NCBI GenBank assembly: GCA_045863335.1
Contig: BTVY01000086.1
Location: 1 to 12,324, forward strand
DNA: 12,324 bases
From: Candidatus Hydrogenedentota bacterium
Lineage (GTDB): Bacteria > Hydrogenedentota > Hydrogenedentia > Hydrogenedentales > SLHB01
Direction of reading: 5' to 3'
The position numbers and the translations under genes were made by a program. Below, piece after piece: positions 9,929-12,324 of this stretch (its first letter is position 1; each line of letters begins with the position of its first letter). The notes under the pieces were generated by a model, which was given only the letters and a program-made list of their open reading frames with translations, had not been told where the DNA came from and ran no database searches.

Positions 9929-12220
9929 ATGGTAGAACGTCTCTCAATCCCTATCGGTACGGAGGAGATCATCCTCGAAACCGGTAAGATCGCCAAGCAG
10001 GCCCATGGCTCGGTCATGGTCACCTGCGGCGAAACGATGGTGCTTTCCGCGGTCTGCGTAGCCCCGGAAGCCCGGGAAGGACAGGATTTCTTCCCGCTCA
10101 CGGTCGACTATCGCGAGAAGAGCTTTGCCGCAGGGAAGATCCCCGGCAACTTCTTCCGGCGCGAAGGCCGCCCGACGGAGCGCGAAGTGTTGGTGTGCCG
10201 TCTCACAGACCGGCCCCTGCGCCCCCTGTTCCCCAAAGGGTTCCTCAACGAACTCCAGGTTTTCTCGACGGTCTTTTCGACCGACAACGAAAACAATCCC
10301 GACATCCTCTCGCTCATCGGCGCATCCGCGTCGCTGCATCTCTCGAAGATTCCGTTCCTCGGGCCCATCGGCGCGGTGCGCGTTGGACTGATCGAGGGTG
10401 AACTGGTCGTCAACCCCAAGATGTCCGACATGGTGGAAAGTGAACTCGATCTGGTTATCGCGGGCACAAACGAAGCCATCACGATGGTGGAAGGCGCGGC
10501 GAACCAGGTCCCTGAGGAGAAGATGCTCGAAGCCCTCGAGTTTGGGCACAAGTACATCAAGCAGATCTGCGAAGCCATCGAGACCTTCCGCCAGCGCGTG
10601 GGCGTCGAAAAGATGGAATACACCGAACCGGCCAAGGATGAAGCCGTAACCAGCGACGTGGAGGGTATCGCCCTCGAACGGTTCAAGGCTCTGCTTGCTC
10701 CCATGGACAAACAGGATCGGGCGGATGGAATCAAGGAACTCAAGAAAGAGGTCCACGAAACGCTTGCGGCTCGCTACGGCGAAGAATCGTATGCGGAGAA
10801 GAGCGGCGAGATTAGCGCCGCGCTGGGCGCGCTCGAAAAGCGGCTCATGCGCGACCAGGTCATCACGACCAATACCCGGCTTGACGGCCGCGACCTGACC
10901 ACGGTCCGCCCCATCTCCATCGAGGTGGGCGTGTTGCCGCGCGTGCACGGATCCTGCCTGTTCACCCGCGGTGAAACACAGGCCCTTGTGACGACGACCC
11001 TCGGCACCAGCCGCGACGAGCAACGCCTTGACGAACTGACCGGGGAAGAGTTCAAGCGCTTCATGCTGCACTACAACTTCCCGAGCTGGTCGGTCGGCGA
11101 AGTGCGCCGGATATCCGGTCCGGGACGCCGCGAAGTCGGGCACGGCAAGCTCGCGGAACGCGCGCTGGAAGGGATCGTGCCCAACGAGGACGATCCGGAA
11201 GCCACCGCGTTTCCGTACACGATCCGTATCGTGTCGGACATCACGGAGAGCAACGGGTCCAGTTCCATGGCTTCGGTGTGCGGCGGCACGCTCAGCCTGA
11301 TGGACGCCGGCGTGCCGGTGAAAGCGCCTGTGGCGGGTATCGCCATGGGACTTATTAAGGAAGGCGACGAAGCCCGCGTGTTGAGCGACATCCTGGGCGC
11401 TGAAGATCACCTTGGCGACATGGACTTCAAGGTCTGCGGCACGAGCGAAGGCATCACGGCCTTCCAGATGGATTGCAAGGTCATGGGCGTTTCGCGCGAA
11501 CTGATGAGCCAGGCGCTCCATCAGGCGCGGGAAGGCCGCTTGCACATCCTCGAGAAGATGCGTGAATGCCTGGCCGAATCGCGCAGCGAGATTTCGCGCT
11601 TTGCGCCGCGCATCATCACGATCAACATCAACGTCGACAAGATTCGCGACGTCATCGGACCGGGCGGAAAGGTCATCCGCGAGATCCAGAAGAACTCGGG
11701 CGCCGAGATCGAGATCGAAGACGACGGTACCGTCAATGTCGCGGCCGTGGACGCCGAAGCGGCGCAGGCGGCTGTCGACATGATTCGCATGATCGTCGCC
11801 GAGCCGGAAGTCGGCCAGGTGTACCAGGGCAAGGTCACGCGGATCATGCCCTTTGGCGCCTTCGTGGCGGTCATGGGCGGTAAGGAAGGCCTTGTCCACA
11901 TCTCGGAACTGGCCATCGGCCATGTTCGTGAAGTCACCGACGTGGTGAATGTCGGCGACGACGTTCACGTGAAGGTTACCGAGATCGACAAGCTCGGCCG
12001 CGTCAACCTTTCCAAGGTCGAAGCGGACCGCGAACTCGGTCTGATATCCGACGAAGACTACGCGGCCCATGAGGCCGCACCGAAGGGTCGCGATCGTGAT
12101 CGGGGCGACCGCGGCGGCGACCGCGGCGGCCGTGGTGGCCGCGGCGGGGACCGGGGTGGCGACCGGCGCGGTGGCGGCGGTGGTGGTGGCCGAGGCGGCC
12201 GCGACCGTTCACGCCGCTAA
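9929..12220 (+). CDS. pnp: Polyribonucleotide nucleotidyltransferase (PNPase), 763 aa (ATG 9929)
   Basis: ETGKIAKQA.G, DFFPLTVDY.E, RLTDRPLRPLFP, FTRGETQ, HYNFP, RREVGHG, SNGSSSMASVC, DH.GDMDFKV, KH domain (IGPGGK), S1 domain and an RGG/RD-rich tail. Confidence 0.99.
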   Translation: MVERLSIPIGTEEIILETGKIAKQAHGSVMVTCGETMVLSAVCVAPEAREGQDFFPLTVDYREKSFAAGKIPGNFFRREGRPTEREVLVCRLTDRPLRPLFPKGFLNELQVFSTVFSTDNENNPDILSLIGASASLHLSKIPFLGPIGAVRVGLIEGELVVNPKMSDMVESELDLVIAGTNEAITMVEGAANQVPEEKMLEALEFGHKYIKQICEAIETFRQRVGVEKMEYTEPAKDEAVTSDVEGIALERFKALLAPMDKQDRADGIKELKKEVHETLAARYGEESYAEKSGEISAALGALEKRLMRDQVITTNTRLDGRDLTTVRPISIEVGVLPRVHGSCLFTRGETQALVTTTLGTSRDEQRLDELTGEEFKRFMLHYNFPSWSVGEVRRISGPGRREVGHGKLAERALEGIVPNEDDPEATAFPYTIRIVSDITESNGSSSMASVCGGTLSLMDAGVPVKAPVAGIAMGLIKEGDEARVLSDILGAEDHLGDMDFKVCGTSEGITAFQMDCKVMGVSRELMSQALHQAREGRLHILEKMRECLAESRSEISRFAPRIITININVDKIRDVIGPGGKVIREIQKNSGAEIEIEDDGTVNVAAVDAEAAQAAVDMIRMIVAEPEVGQVYQGKVTRIMPFGAFVAVMGGKEGLVHISELAIGHVREVTDVVNVGDDVHVKVTEIDKLGRVNLSKVEADRELGLISDEDYAAHEAAPKGRDRDRGDRGGDRGGRGGRGGDRGGDRRGGGGGGGRGGRDRSRR

Positions 12221-12236
12221 GACATAGTCTCACACG

Positions 12237-12274
12237 CACTGGCGCTTCCCGCGGGAAGCGCCAGTGGTTTATTT
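12237..12274 (+). terminator. Rho-independent terminator of pnp
   Basis: Perfect 30-bp palindrome cactggcgcttcccg|cgggaagcgccagtg (12237-12266) followed by gtttattt, beginning 16 nt after the pnp stop. Confidence 0.9.
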
Positions 12275-12324
12275 GTGCGCCCGGCAGGGCGCGTTCACTT
12301 GAGGGTGCAAGTCCCTTACAGGCC
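12275..12324 (+). mobile_element. 5' end of a class C (IIC) group II intron, truncated by the window end
   Basis: Begins with the GUGYG 5' consensus (GTGCG), followed by CCCGGCA.GGGCGC and GGGTGCAAGTCCC. This matches my recollection of IIC 5' ends (O. iheyensis-type GUGUGCCCGGCAUGGGUGC...AGGGUGAGAGUCCC). It sits directly 3' of a terminator hairpin plus T tract, the known IIC target. Confidence 0.82.

Noticed and set aside
9944-12070. 708-aa antisense ORF opposite pnp
   Set aside because: Shadow ORF caused by GC-rich codon bias of a highly expressed gene; no recognisable motifs and fully overlaps pnp.
12300-12316. tRNA T-arm-like GGGTGCAAGTCCC
   Set aside because: No cloverleaf upstream; better explained as a domain I hairpin of the group II intron.

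Overview
GC-rich bacterial housekeeping region; the taxon cannot be assigned from the sequence alone. Gene order: ligA, translationally coupled to a four-gene Mla/MCE-type ABC lipid-transport cassette (STAS-MlaE fusion, MlaF ATPase, MlaD/MCE protein, PqiC-like lipoprotein); a convergent PaaI/hotdog thioesterase; gap-pgk; rpsO-pnp. The interest lies in the non-coding DNA. The last 50 bp look like the 5' end of a class C (IIC) group II intron, starting just after the pnp intrinsic terminator. Each large intergenic gap holds a different gene-less repeat element: a (CGATAC)n hexamer array, a REP-doublet-like element with 31-bp perfect inverted repeats, an (ATGGACNNN)4 array, and a 223-bp element with 34-bp inverted arms built of heptamers. 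ligA appears to be a leaderless transcript from a consensus extended -10 promoter, and gap has a long, structured upstream region.
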